Notes: a model not told the origin generated them from the sequence alone. Shown: positions 8,628-18,144, counted from the stretch's first letter. The stretch: DNA of 31,322 nt from a bacterium (GCA_017477685.1 JAFUUT010000207.1:1-31322), one strand, 5' to 3'. A program made the numbers and translations.

Positions 8628-8834
8628 ATGGCTAAGAAAGCGATGATAGACAAAGAAGCAAAACGTGAAAAGTTAGTTGCTGCAGGAAAATATCCGGCAG
8701 TAAGACTTCACAACAGATGCAGTATGTGTGGCAGACCTCATGGTTTCCACAGAGACTTTGGTCTTTGCAGAATCTGTTTGAGAAAAATGGCTCACGAAGG
8801 TTTGCTTCCTGGCGTTACAAAAGCAAGCTGGTAG
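8628..8834 (+). CDS. rpsN: 30S ribosomal protein S14, Zn-binding (type Z)
   Basis: [18 protein letters not shown] and [11 protein letters not shown]. Confidence 0.97.
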   Translation: MAKKAMIDKEAKREKLVAAGKYPAVRLHNRCSMCGRPHGFHRDFGLCRICLRKMAHEGLLPGVTKASW

Positions 8835-8865
8835 TATAATTTTAAGTGCTAAAAGCGATTGATAT

Positions 8866-8897
8866 AAAAAGAGTATGGGTTAACTATGCTCTTTTTT
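8866..8897 (+). terminator. Intrinsic terminator ending the r-protein operon
   Basis: AAAAA-GAGTATGG-GTTAA-CTATGCTC-TTTTTT. Confidence 0.85.
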
Positions 8898-8967
8898 AAT
8901 TTTTCCTATGCACAATTACGCTATGCAAAAATGCAACTATAAGTAATATATATTTACCCCTTCCCAT

Positions 8968-8995
8968 TTGAAAAAAAATATTTTCTTGATATGAT
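8968..8995 (+). promoter_or_regulatory. prfA promoter with extended -10
   Basis: TTGAAA (8968-8973), 16-bp spacer, TG-A-TATGAT (8987-8995). Confidence 0.6.
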
Positions 8996-9001
8996 TGTAA
9001 T

Positions 9002-10084
9002 ATGAAAGATATGTTAGAACAGATACTTCAAATAGAAGCGAAATACAAAGAGTTGGGCGAAACTCTTTCTGATCCTGCTGTAATTCAGGATTATAATAAA
9101 TTTAGAGACCTGTCAAAACAAAGAAAGTCAATGGAAGAAACCGTTGAACTTTATTACGAATGGCAAAAAGCAACCAAAACGATTGAAGACGATAAAGAGC
9201 TTTTGCAAGGTGAAAAAGACGAAGAAATGCGTTCTATGTTAAAAGCTGATATCGAGGAGAACGAATCAAAATTGCCTGAGTACGAAGAACGTATGAAAAG
9301 GTTATTGCTGCCGCGTGATCCTATGGATGATAAAGATATTATGCTTGAAATTCGCGGCGGTGCCGGCGGTGATGAAGCTAATATTTTTGCGGGTGATCTT
9401 GCAAGAATGTATTTGAAGTTTGCAGACAAAAAAGGCTGGCAAACCCAAATTCTTTCCAAGACTGAATGTGAAGCAGGCGGTTATTCTGAAATAATTATTT
9501 CTATAAAAGGTGATTCTGTCTATTCTCAATTAAAGTATGAATCCGGTGTTCACAGAGTTCAGAGGGTTCCTGAAACAGAATCACAAGGTCGTGTTCACAC
9601 TTCAACTGCCACAGTGGCGGTTATGCCTGAGGTCGATGATGTTGAAATTGAAATCAGACCTGAAGATATTGAAATGTCTACCGCTCGTTCAGGCGGTGCA
9701 GGCGGTCAAAATGTTAACAAGGTTGAAACTGCCGCAAGACTTTTCCACAAACCGACGGGTATTATGATTTTCTGTACCGAAGAACGCTCGCAGCTTCAAA
9801 ATAAAGAGCGTGCAATGGAAATTTTACGTTCAAAACTTTATGATTTGGAAGTTCAAAAACAAATGCAAGAGGTTACAGACCTCAGACGTTCTCAAGTCGG
9901 TACCGGTGACAGGTCTGAGCGTATAAGAACATACAATTTCCCTCAAGGACGTTTAACTGACCATCGTATCGGTCACAACTTGAATGTTTGGACGGTGATT
10001 GACGGTGATTTGGATGAACTTATTGAACTTTTGATTGAGTATGACCAAAAATTAAAGCTGGAAAAACTTGCCCAACAAGGCTAG
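9002..10084 (+). CDS. prfA: Peptide chain release factor 1
   Basis: [27 protein letters not shown] (PET form of the RF1 PxT motif), GGQ and [11 protein letters not shown]. Confidence 0.98.
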   Translation: MKDMLEQILQIEAKYKELGETLSDPAVIQDYNKFRDLSKQRKSMEETVELYYEWQKATKTIEDDKELLQGEKDEEMRSMLKADIEENESKLPEYEERMKRLLLPRDPMDDKDIMLEIRGGAGGDEANIFAGDLARMYLKFADKKGWQTQILSKTECEAGGYSEIIISIKGDSVYSQLKYESGVHRVQRVPETESQGRVHTSTATVAVMPEVDDVEIEIRPEDIEMSTARSGGAGGQNVNKVETAARLFHKPTGIMIFCTEERSQLQNKERAMEILRSKLYDLEVQKQMQEVTDLRRSQVGTGDRSERIRTYNFPQGRLTDHRIGHNLNVWTVIDGDLDELIELLIEYDQKLKLEKLAQQG

Positions 10085-10086
10085 GG

Positions 10087-10361
10087 GGGGGTAAATGTTG
10101 CTACCAATGATTGCGCAAGACTTCCCTGCAATTGCGAGCGGGGGTAAATGTTGCTACCAATGGTTGCGCAAGACTTCCCTGCAATTGCGAGCGGGGGTAA
10201 ATGTGTGCCAACACAGGACGCGCAAGACTTTCCTGTAATTACGAGCGGGGGTAAATGTTGCTCCAATAATTGCGCCACTTTGCTCTGTAATTGCGAGCGG
10301 GGGTAAATGCATGTTGCCGCCGGTTGTGCAAGGCTTTCCTGTAATTGCATGCGAAAGTAAA
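10087..10361. repeat. Tandem array of five 52-54-bp units plus a degenerate terminal half-unit
   Basis: GGGGGTAAATG starts at 10087, 10140, 10193, 10247 and 10299; degenerate GAAAGTAAA at 10353. Conserved part is GCGCAAGACTTYCCTGYAATTGCGAGC. Confidence 0.9.
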
Positions 10362-10369
10362 GCAATCTG

Positions 10370-10573
10370 CTAATTAATGGTTTCAATTATTTCCCTGCAG
10401 TTTTCTATTTCCTTAAAAGCAAATTCTACATCTTCTTTAAGAATACTTATTATTGTTCCCTCTTTTGCTTTTCCGTCGATTAAATCATATAAAACATCCA
10501 GCAAATATATTGATTTCAACAGTTTGCCTGAGATATTTTCACTTTTGTATGCGAGTTCTGTTTTATCTTCCAT
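10370..10573 (-). CDS. Small hypothetical helical protein (67 aa)
   Basis: AAGGAG RBS and a strong promoter TTGACA-17-TATACT on the minus strand (10643 to 10615). No family recognised. Confidence 0.75.
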   Translation of the reverse strand: MEDKTELAYKSENISGKLLKSIYLLDVLYDLIDGKAKEGTIISILKEDVEFAFKEIENCREIIETIN

Positions 10574-10584
10574 GACATCTCCTT

Positions 10585-10680
10585 AGTTCTACTTAATTCT
10601 ACTTTATAGAATTAAGTATAATAAAGTAGAATTGAAATGTCAAATAATATGTAATAATATCAAATAAAATGTAATAAAAT
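10585..10680. promoter_or_regulatory. Divergent promoter region with nested inverted repeats and four 10-bp direct repeats
   Basis: 12-bp IR 10590-10601/10607-10618 and 13-bp IR 10595-10607/10621-10633. Decamers CAAATAATAT, GTAATAATAT, CAAATAAAAT, GTAATAAAAT (10641-10680). Plus-strand TTGAAA-17-TAATAT (10632-10660). Confidence 0.75.
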
Positions 10681-10697
10681 GATAAAAAGGTATAACA

Positions 10698-10850
10698 ATG
10701 GCAGAAGAGAAAAAAAGGCTTACATTACTTGTTGATTATGATGTTTTTGAAAAGTTTAAAAAACTTGCTCAAGAACAAAATCGTACAGCGGGTAACTTGG
10801 GAACAAAACTTTTAAAGGATTATGTAAAAGAGAATTACAAAGATAAGTAA
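10698..10850 (+). CDS. Ribbon-helix-helix (CopG/Arc-like) DNA-binding protein, 50 aa, not in the ORF track
   Basis: MAEEKKRLTLLVDYDVFEKFKKLAQEQNRTAGNLGTKLLKDYVKENYKDK: alternating beta-strand RLTLLV, then two helices with an NRT turn. AAAGG RBS. Confidence 0.8.
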   Translation: MAEEKKRLTLLVDYDVFEKFKKLAQEQNRTAGNLGTKLLKDYVKENYKDK

Positions 10851-10851
10851 C

Positions 10852-11100
10852 ATGACAGAACGACGTTGTGCCGGATGTTGGCAAATTAAAGACCGAAAAG
10901 ATTTAATAAAGATAACTAATGCGGCAGGAACCCCCGTCGTTAACCCGAATTCGACCACATTTGGCAGATCTGTATATCTTTGTTATAATAAATCTTGTAT
11001 AGATGCAGCTTTTAAAAAGAACAAAATAGAAAAGTTTTTAAAAACTTCTGTACCAAGCGAATTGAAAGGACAGTTATTAGATGAGTTACGAAACAGTTAG
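10852..11100 (+). CDS. ylxR: YlxR/DUF448 family RNA-binding protein
   Basis: ERRCAGC...KDLIKI...GRSVYLC...CI and position immediately upstream of infB. Confidence 0.88.
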   Translation: MTERRCAGCWQIKDRKDLIKITNAAGTPVVNPNSTTFGRSVYLCYNKSCIDAAFKKNKIEKFLKTSVPSELKGQLLDELRNS

Positions 11101-13582
11101 AATAAGTGAATTAGCAAAAGAGCTCGGACTTCCAAGCAAAGAAGTTGTTGAGAAGTTTGAGAAAATAGGGGTTACAAATAAAACTCATTCAAGTACTGTT
11201 ACTCAAGATCAAATAAAAAGGTTGAAAGAATTTATCGCTGATGGCGGTGTAAAGAAAACTGCCAAACCAAAAGCGTTTGTTGTAAAAAAAGCAAAGGTCG
11301 CAGAGCCTGAGCCTGAAAAAGAAGAAGTTCAAAAACCTGAAGAAAAGGAAGAAGTAAATCCGGAACCTAAAAAAACTATAGAAAAACCAAAAATAGAAAG
11401 ACCTGCTCCGTCAAGAATTGAAATTGTCAGACGTGCGCCGAAGAAGCCTCTTGTTTCTTCTGAAAAGGCTGATCGTCCTGAACGCTCAGAGCGTCCAAAA
11501 CGTCCTCAAAAAAATGACGATGGCAAAACTTTTGACAAGTCTAAAAAAACAGCAGACAATTCTCAAAAAGGTTTTGCGGGCAAAAAACCTATAGAACGCC
11601 GTATTATTCCTCAGGATATATATGAAAATAAAACAGGCGGTGCAGGTAAATTTGGCGGAAGTAAGAATTCCGGTAAGAAAAAGGATAAAGATTTTAATTC
11701 TAAAAAAGAAGAACAAGAAATGATTTCTTTGGAAAAGGCTGCTGCTCAGCACCATAAGAAAAAAGTTCAAAAGGCCGAAGAAGTCGAGGAAGTAAAACAA
11801 ATTGTTGTCACAAATGCAATGACAATTGCCGAGTTATCTGAAAAAATAAAGAAAACTCCTGCTGATATTGTAAAATTCCTAATGATGAACGGAACAATGG
11901 CAACAGTAAACCAATTAATAGATGTCGATATTATTAAAAAAGTTTGTGCAGAATATGGTTTGGAAGTTTTAGAAGAAGATTTGGAAGCATTCATGGAAGA
12001 AGAACTTGCAAAAGAAGAAGAACAAAAAGCTCTTTCAAATGTTGACAAAAAATTGCTCAAAAAACGCGCCCCTGTTATTAGTATTATGGGGCACGTTGAC
12101 CATGGTAAAACTACGTTACTCGATAGTATTCGTGCTTCAAAACATAAAATTGTTGCAACTGAGGTTGGTGGTATAACACAATCTATCGGTGCTTATACTG
12201 TTTATGTCGGTGATAAGAATGACAAAAAAATCGTATTCTTAGATACTCCGGGTCACGAGGCTTTCACGGAGATGAGAGCTCGCGGTGCGCAGGCTACAGA
12301 TATTGCAATTTTGGTTGTTGCGGCTGATGACGGTATAATGCCTCAAACTATTGAAGCAATCAACCACGCTAAAGCTGCTGAAATTCCTATTATTGTTGCG
12401 GTCAACAAAATCGATAAACCGGGAGCAAATCCTGACAGAGTTTTGCAGCAATTGACAGAACACGGTTTGGTTCCGGAAGATTGGGGCGGAGATACGATCG
12501 TAGTCAAGGTTTCTGCTTTGCAAGGAACAGGTATTGATGAACTTTTGGAATACATTTTGCTTGTTGCTGATGTTCAAGATTTGAAAGCCAACCCGAAAGC
12601 CGAAGCGACAGGTGTTGTTATTGAAGCTAATCTTGATAAAGGTAAAGGACCTGTTGCAACATTGTTGGTACAAAATGGTACACTTCGTGCAGGTAATTGT
12701 ATTGTTGTCGGTACTGCTTGCGGCAGAGTTCGTGCGTTGTTATCCGACAGCGGGGAAAGAATTCAAAAGGCAGAGCCATCAACTCCTGTTGAGATTTTAG
12801 GTTTGTCTGAAGTTCCTCAAGCAGGTGATAATTTCAAAGTTGTTAAAAATGAAAAAGAAATGAAAGCAATTACCGCAGAACGTCAAGAAAAAGCAAGGGA
12901 TAAGCGATTAGAAGCTATGCTTCCTGCACATATCAGACGTGAAGCTGTTGCCGGAGATGATAATATTCCTCAGTTGAATTTAATTATCAAAGCTAATACA
13001 AACGGTTCTGCTGAGGCTGTTGCTCAAGCTATTGCACAGGTTGAATCAAAAGAAATCGCAACAAAGATTATTCACGTTGGTGTCGGTGATATTTCAGAGG
13101 CCGATGTTATGCTTGCAGCTGCATCCGGTGCTTTGATTTTAGGATTTACGGTAAAAGAAGATGCGAAAGCTCTTGCGGCTGCGGAAAAAGAAGGCGTTAC
13201 AATCCGTAAGTATGATATTATTTATCAATTGCTTGAAGACATCGAAAAAACATTATTATCACTTCTTCAACCTGAAATTAAACAGGTTGAACTCGGAAAA
13301 GCTGAGGTTAGACAAGTATTTAATATTGGTAAAACAGGTAAAATTGCCGGATGTTATGTTCTTGAAGGTAAAATTGCCCGTTATAAGGATGCTGTTATAC
13401 TTCGTGATGGCGTTGAAATCTTTAAAGGCCCTATCGAGCAGCTTAAACGCTTTAAAGATGATGTTAAAGAAGTCGCACAAGGTTTTGAATGCGGTATATC
13501 ATTTGGTAAGTTTAATGATTTGCAAGAGGGCGATATTATTCAAGTTTCAACCACCGAAGAAATTGAAAGAACCAGCTTGTAA
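11081..13582 (+). CDS. infB: Translation initiation factor IF-2
   Basis: RAPVISIMGHVDHGKTTLLD, DTPGHEAF, NKID and C-terminal LKRFKDDVKEVAQGFECGI. Confidence 0.99.
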   Translation: MSYETVRISELAKELGLPSKEVVEKFEKIGVTNKTHSSTVTQDQIKRLKEFIADGGVKKTAKPKAFVVKKAKVAEPEPEKEEVQKPEEKEEVNPEPKKTIEKPKIERPAPSRIEIVRRAPKKPLVSSEKADRPERSERPKRPQKNDDGKTFDKSKKTADNSQKGFAGKKPIERRIIPQDIYENKTGGAGKFGGSKNSGKKKDKDFNSKKEEQEMISLEKAAAQHHKKKVQKAEEVEEVKQIVVTNAMTIAELSEKIKKTPADIVKFLMMNGTMATVNQLIDVDIIKKVCAEYGLEVLEEDLEAFMEEELAKEEEQKALSNVDKKLLKKRAPVISIMGHVDHGKTTLLDSIRASKHKIVATEVGGITQSIGAYTVYVGDKNDKKIVFLDTPGHEAFTEMRARGAQATDIAILVVAADDGIMPQTIEAINHAKAAEIPIIVAVNKIDKPGANPDRVLQQLTEHGLVPEDWGGDTIVVKVSALQGTGIDELLEYILLVADVQDLKANPKAEATGVVIEANLDKGKGPVATLLVQNGTLRAGNCIVVGTACGRVRALLSDSGERIQKAEPSTPVEILGLSEVPQAGDNFKVVKNEKEMKAITAERQEKARDKRLEAMLPAHIRREAVAGDDNIPQLNLIIKANTNGSAEAVAQAIAQVESKEIATKIIHVGVGDISEADVMLAAASGALILGFTVKEDAKALAAAEKEGVTIRKYDIIYQLLEDIEKTLLSLLQPEIKQVELGKAEVRQVFNIGKTGKIAGCYVLEGKIARYKDAVILRDGVEIFKGPIEQLKRFKDDVKEVAQGFECGISFGKFNDLQEGDIIQVSTTEEIERTSL

Positions 13583-13679
13583 TATTTCTTAATAATTCAT
13601 AATATGTGAGCAATTTTTCTAAAATAAAATCCTTTATAAATATAAGGGTTAGGTTATTTATTTTAGAAAGGTTATTATT

Positions 13680-14258
13680 ATGTTAAGCACTGGTATGAAT
13701 TATGGGTTAGGTACAACAGGGATGTCATCTCCAAAGGATATTTTGACAAATGCTTATGCAAATCCGATGACAACATGCTCTGCAACCGGCAGTATAAATG
13801 TGAATGGTGCAGTATTGCCAACGAATTATGACAATGATTTTTTGATGCCCGAGGAGTTAAAAATCGGGAATTACCTGAACGGTCAGGCTTCAATGCAAGG
13901 TAATCCTTATCAAACAACTCAAACAGGTGATCAATTTGTAAGTTCTCAAACTCCTGTTCCTCAGCAGCAGGATTATTATCAACAGACTCAAATGCAAAAT
14001 CCTGAGCAAGCGCAAGCAGAAGTGCAAGAGCAAGAACAAGATGCAGCGTCTAAAAAGGGATTTTCTCTAAAGACAAAAGCAGGTATATTAGGTTTTGCCG
14101 CTCCGGTGCTTGCTTGTGCGTATAAGGTACTAAAGGGAGCAAAAGCTTCAACTGTCTTTAATAAAGAATTACTGGTTAAATGCCCAATCTTAGCTGCAGT
14201 AGGCTTTGTAGTCGGCGGTTTGGCCGAAAAATTCTTTGGCAATAAAGCAGCAGCTTAA
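13680..14258 (+). CDS. Hypothetical Gln-rich protein with two C-terminal hydrophobic segments
   Basis: 192-aa ORF with AAAGG RBS. Q-rich middle region; GILGFAAPVLACAY and ILAAVGFVVGGLA segments. Confidence 0.7.
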   Translation: MLSTGMNYGLGTTGMSSPKDILTNAYANPMTTCSATGSINVNGAVLPTNYDNDFLMPEELKIGNYLNGQASMQGNPYQTTQTGDQFVSSQTPVPQQQDYYQQTQMQNPEQAQAEVQEQEQDAASKKGFSLKTKAGILGFAAPVLACAYKVLKGAKASTVFNKELLVKCPILAAVGFVVGGLAEKFFGNKAAA

Positions 14259-14653
14259 CCTCCTTCATTGAGTTTGGCTTTAAGTCTTGCTTTTGCTCTG
14301 GCAATTGATGCGGAAACTCTTTTTGAATCAATTCTGGCGTTGGCTTCTCTCAGGAGCCTTCGCCCTTTTTCAAGAGATTCTCTTGCACGCATCTCATCTA
14401 TTTCATCACCGGGTTCTGCAAGTGTTGTGAGAATTATGCATTCGTCATCCTTAAATTGCAATATTCCGCCCATAGTTGTGAAGGATTTATAATTATCTCC
14501 GGTTTTAATTTTGGTTACCCCAATATCCAGAGCGGACATCATTGCAATGTGTCCTTTCAGAATACCGAATTCTCCGTCTGTTCCGCGAGTATAAATTTCA
14601 TCAACATCGCCGTCAAATACAATTTTTTCTTGTGTGATAATTTTCAATTTCAT
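14255..14653 (-). CDS. atpC: ATP synthase F1 epsilon subunit
   Basis: LKIITQEK, GEFGILKGH, GGILQ, position after atpD. Confidence 0.95.
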   Translation of the reverse strand: MKLKIITQEKIVFDGDVDEIYTRGTDGEFGILKGHIAMMSALDIGVTKIKTGDNYKSFTTMGGILQFKDDECIILTTLAEPGDEIDEMRARESLEKGRRLLREANARIDSKRVSASIARAKARLKAKLNEGG

Positions 14654-14655
14654 AA

Positions 14656-16092
<1,437 letters not shown>

Positions 16093-16128
16093 CTATATTA
16101 TATAATAAAGATTAAAATAAAAAAAGTA

Positions 16129-16674
16129 ATAAATAGTACTATCGGAACTAGCACAATTTTCCACTTATGTTCACTTTTTCTTTCCATTGCGACGGGAAAG
16201 AAAAAGTGAACCGAAAAAGAAAGCACGCCAGACAACAACGCTGCCTGACGGCATCGTTCCGCTCGGAATATGTAGGCATAAAATACTCATACGTTTTTGT
16301 CCTACGGACAAAAATCTCTAAGCGCAGCTAAAACAACGCTGCGCATTATAACCCCCACCCTGACCCTCCCCCTTGGAGAGGGAATTATTCCCCGACTTTT
16401 ACGACAATTAATGCAAAATATGCTACACCGATAAACTACATTTACCTCCGACCTTTGCGCAGTGAGTAATCATTGTTTGCGACACAGGTTCAAAGCGGAA
16501 TTTGTCTGAGGACGTCAGTCCGAGTTATTCCGCTTGATGTGGAGCAAATACAGATGATTAACGAACGAAGCATCAGGTCGGGGAGTTTCTGGGCGCCACC
16601 CGTCTTTGCGGTCAAAGATGGGTGGCATGGGTAGTTTCTTTTTGTAAAAAGGAACTACTGATAGTACTATTTAT
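16129..16674. mobile_element. Non-coding MITE-like, highly structured element bounded by 15-bp inverted repeats
   Basis: ATAAATAGTACTATC (16129-16143) and GATAGTACTATTTAT (16660-16674). At least eight internal hairpins, including a perfect 17-bp stem (16169-16211). No long ORF and no transposase. Confidence 0.55.
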
Positions 16675-17452
16675 GTGTTTTTAAACAGAGTATTATTCCC
16701 GTCAGTCCTGTTAAAAACAGAATTACAGATACGATTTGTGCAATAGGAAATGCTCCTATATTCATGGCACTATCTATTCTTATTTGTTCTATAAAAAATC
16801 TTATTATTGCATAGATTATTAAGTATGAAAAAAATGCTATTCCAGGATATTTATTTGCGAATTTTTTAAAAATAAATAATAAGATAATAAAAGCTAATAA
16901 GTTCAATACACTTTCATATAATAATGTCGGGTGGAATAGTGAGAAATCGGAATATTGTGCTAATCTTCGAGCTTGAGGAATATATAATCCCCAATTTTGG
17001 TTTGCTGTTGGCAGCCCATATGCTTCTGAGTTGAAGTAATTCCCCCAACGACCGATTGCTTGCCCTAATATTGTTCCGCACCCAAAGCAATCAAGTACAC
17101 TCAAAAAAGAAATCTTATTCTTCTTTGCCATATAAAATAGCGCAAGTATTCCGCCGATTAATGCTCCATGAATTGATAATCCGCCCTCTCTAATATCAAG
17201 TATCTCCGGCAGATGTGCCAGATAGTGGGCGGGGTTAAGCATACAAAAATATATTCTTGCTCCCAATATCCCAAATATGATTATTAAAGGTGCGTATTCA
17301 ACTGCTAAATCTTTTTTATTAAACAGAATATTGCATAATTTGTTTGCTGTCAGAATAGCAATTAATATTGCAATAGCCATAATAATCCCATACCAATATA
17401 TGGAAACAGAACCAATATTGAATGCGACATCAGGCACCGCAGGAATTATCAT
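16667..17452 (-). CDS. lgt: Prolipoprotein diacylglyceryl transferase
   Basis: IYWYGIIM, GARIYF, GGLSIHGALIGG, GQAIGRWGNYFNSEAYG, HPTLLYES and RFFIEQIR. Confidence 0.96.
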   Translation of the reverse strand: MIIPAVPDVAFNIGSVSIYWYGIIMAIAILIAILTANKLCNILFNKKDLAVEYAPLIIIFGILGARIYFCMLNPAHYLAHLPEILDIREGGLSIHGALIGGILALFYMAKKNKISFLSVLDCFGCGTILGQAIGRWGNYFNSEAYGLPTANQNWGLYIPQARRLAQYSDFSLFHPTLLYESVLNLLAFIILLFIFKKFANKYPGIAFFSYLIIYAIIRFFIEQIRIDSAMNIGAFPIAQIVSVILFLTGLTGIILCLKTHK

Positions 17453-17455
17453 CGG

Positions 17456-18034
17456 TTACTCCTCATCAGAAGGTTTGTTTTCCCCTGCAAGATATTCCAT
17501 TTGTTTTTCCACTTCAGCTTTATTTTTTGCATTAGGATTCAAATCTAAGTACTTTGTGTAATTTTGTAGTGCAGAGTCTTTTAATTCTTCACAAAGAGAG
17601 GTTTCTTTTTCGCTCATCTCATATTTTTCATCAAAATTTAAATCCTCTGCTTTTGGGGTATATAAGCTGTCATCAACATTCATTCTTACTCTGCCCTGTT
17701 CAAGGTCAATAATCAAATTATTTTGTGCGGTTGCAAGTGAGTAATATACTTCCGGAACATCAGATTTGATTTCAATTGCTTTTTTGTATTCTTCTACCGC
17801 ATTTATATAATCCTCCGATTGGGTATATGCAACAGCAAGATTGTAGTGGGTTTCAAAAATCGTAGGATCAAGGTCTATACTTGATTTCAATCTCTCAATC
17901 GCTTGAGCATAATCTCCTTTTTGCATGTATGTTTGGGCTTTATTATTTAAATCTTGAACGGCAAAATTATTTATGCAAGCTGTAGATATAACCGCAACAA
18001 GTAATATACTTACTAATAAAAGAACCTTTTTCAT
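17456..18034 (-). CDS. TPR-repeat lipoprotein
   Basis: Signal peptide with lipobox ISTAC; TPR patterns such as HYNLAVAYTQSEDYINAVEEYKKAIEI. Confidence 0.85.
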   Translation of the reverse strand: MKKVLLLVSILLVAVISTACINNFAVQDLNNKAQTYMQKGDYAQAIERLKSSIDLDPTIFETHYNLAVAYTQSEDYINAVEEYKKAIEIKSDVPEVYYSLATAQNNLIIDLEQGRVRMNVDDSLYTPKAEDLNFDEKYEMSEKETSLCEELKDSALQNYTKYLDLNPNAKNKAEVEKQMEYLAGENKPSDEE

Positions 18035-18144
18035 ATTTTCCCTCTTATAATCAAACGCGTGTTAATTAATTATAATTTAATCATAAAAATATGGCAAATT
18101 TAATTAATTTAAGTTACAATAAATTTTATAAAAGGAGAATTTGT

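Noticed and set aside
8952-10096. ATTTACCCC upstream of prfA is an inverted copy of the array motif GGGGTAAAT
   Set aside because: Only 9 bp, expected by chance in a window this size; no evidence that prfA is mobilised.
10087-10361. CRISPR array interpretation
   Set aside because: The variable segments are only 14-16 nt and homologous to each other, the repeats are degenerate, and there are no cas genes in the window.
10081-10386. 101-aa minus-strand ORF across the repeat array
   Set aside because: It cycles through different frames of a non-triplet repeat, has no RBS and overlaps the 67-aa gene; most likely a by-product of the repeat.
16134-16149. Cyanobacterial LexA box (RGTAC-N3-D-GTWC) at the element ends
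   Set aside because: Only one AGTAC half-site fits; the spacing and second half do not match.
16506-16524. CTGAGGA (hammerhead CUGANGA) inside the MITE-like element
   Set aside because: No stem II followed by GAAA; the segment pairs as GGAC-GTCA-GTCC within the long hairpin.
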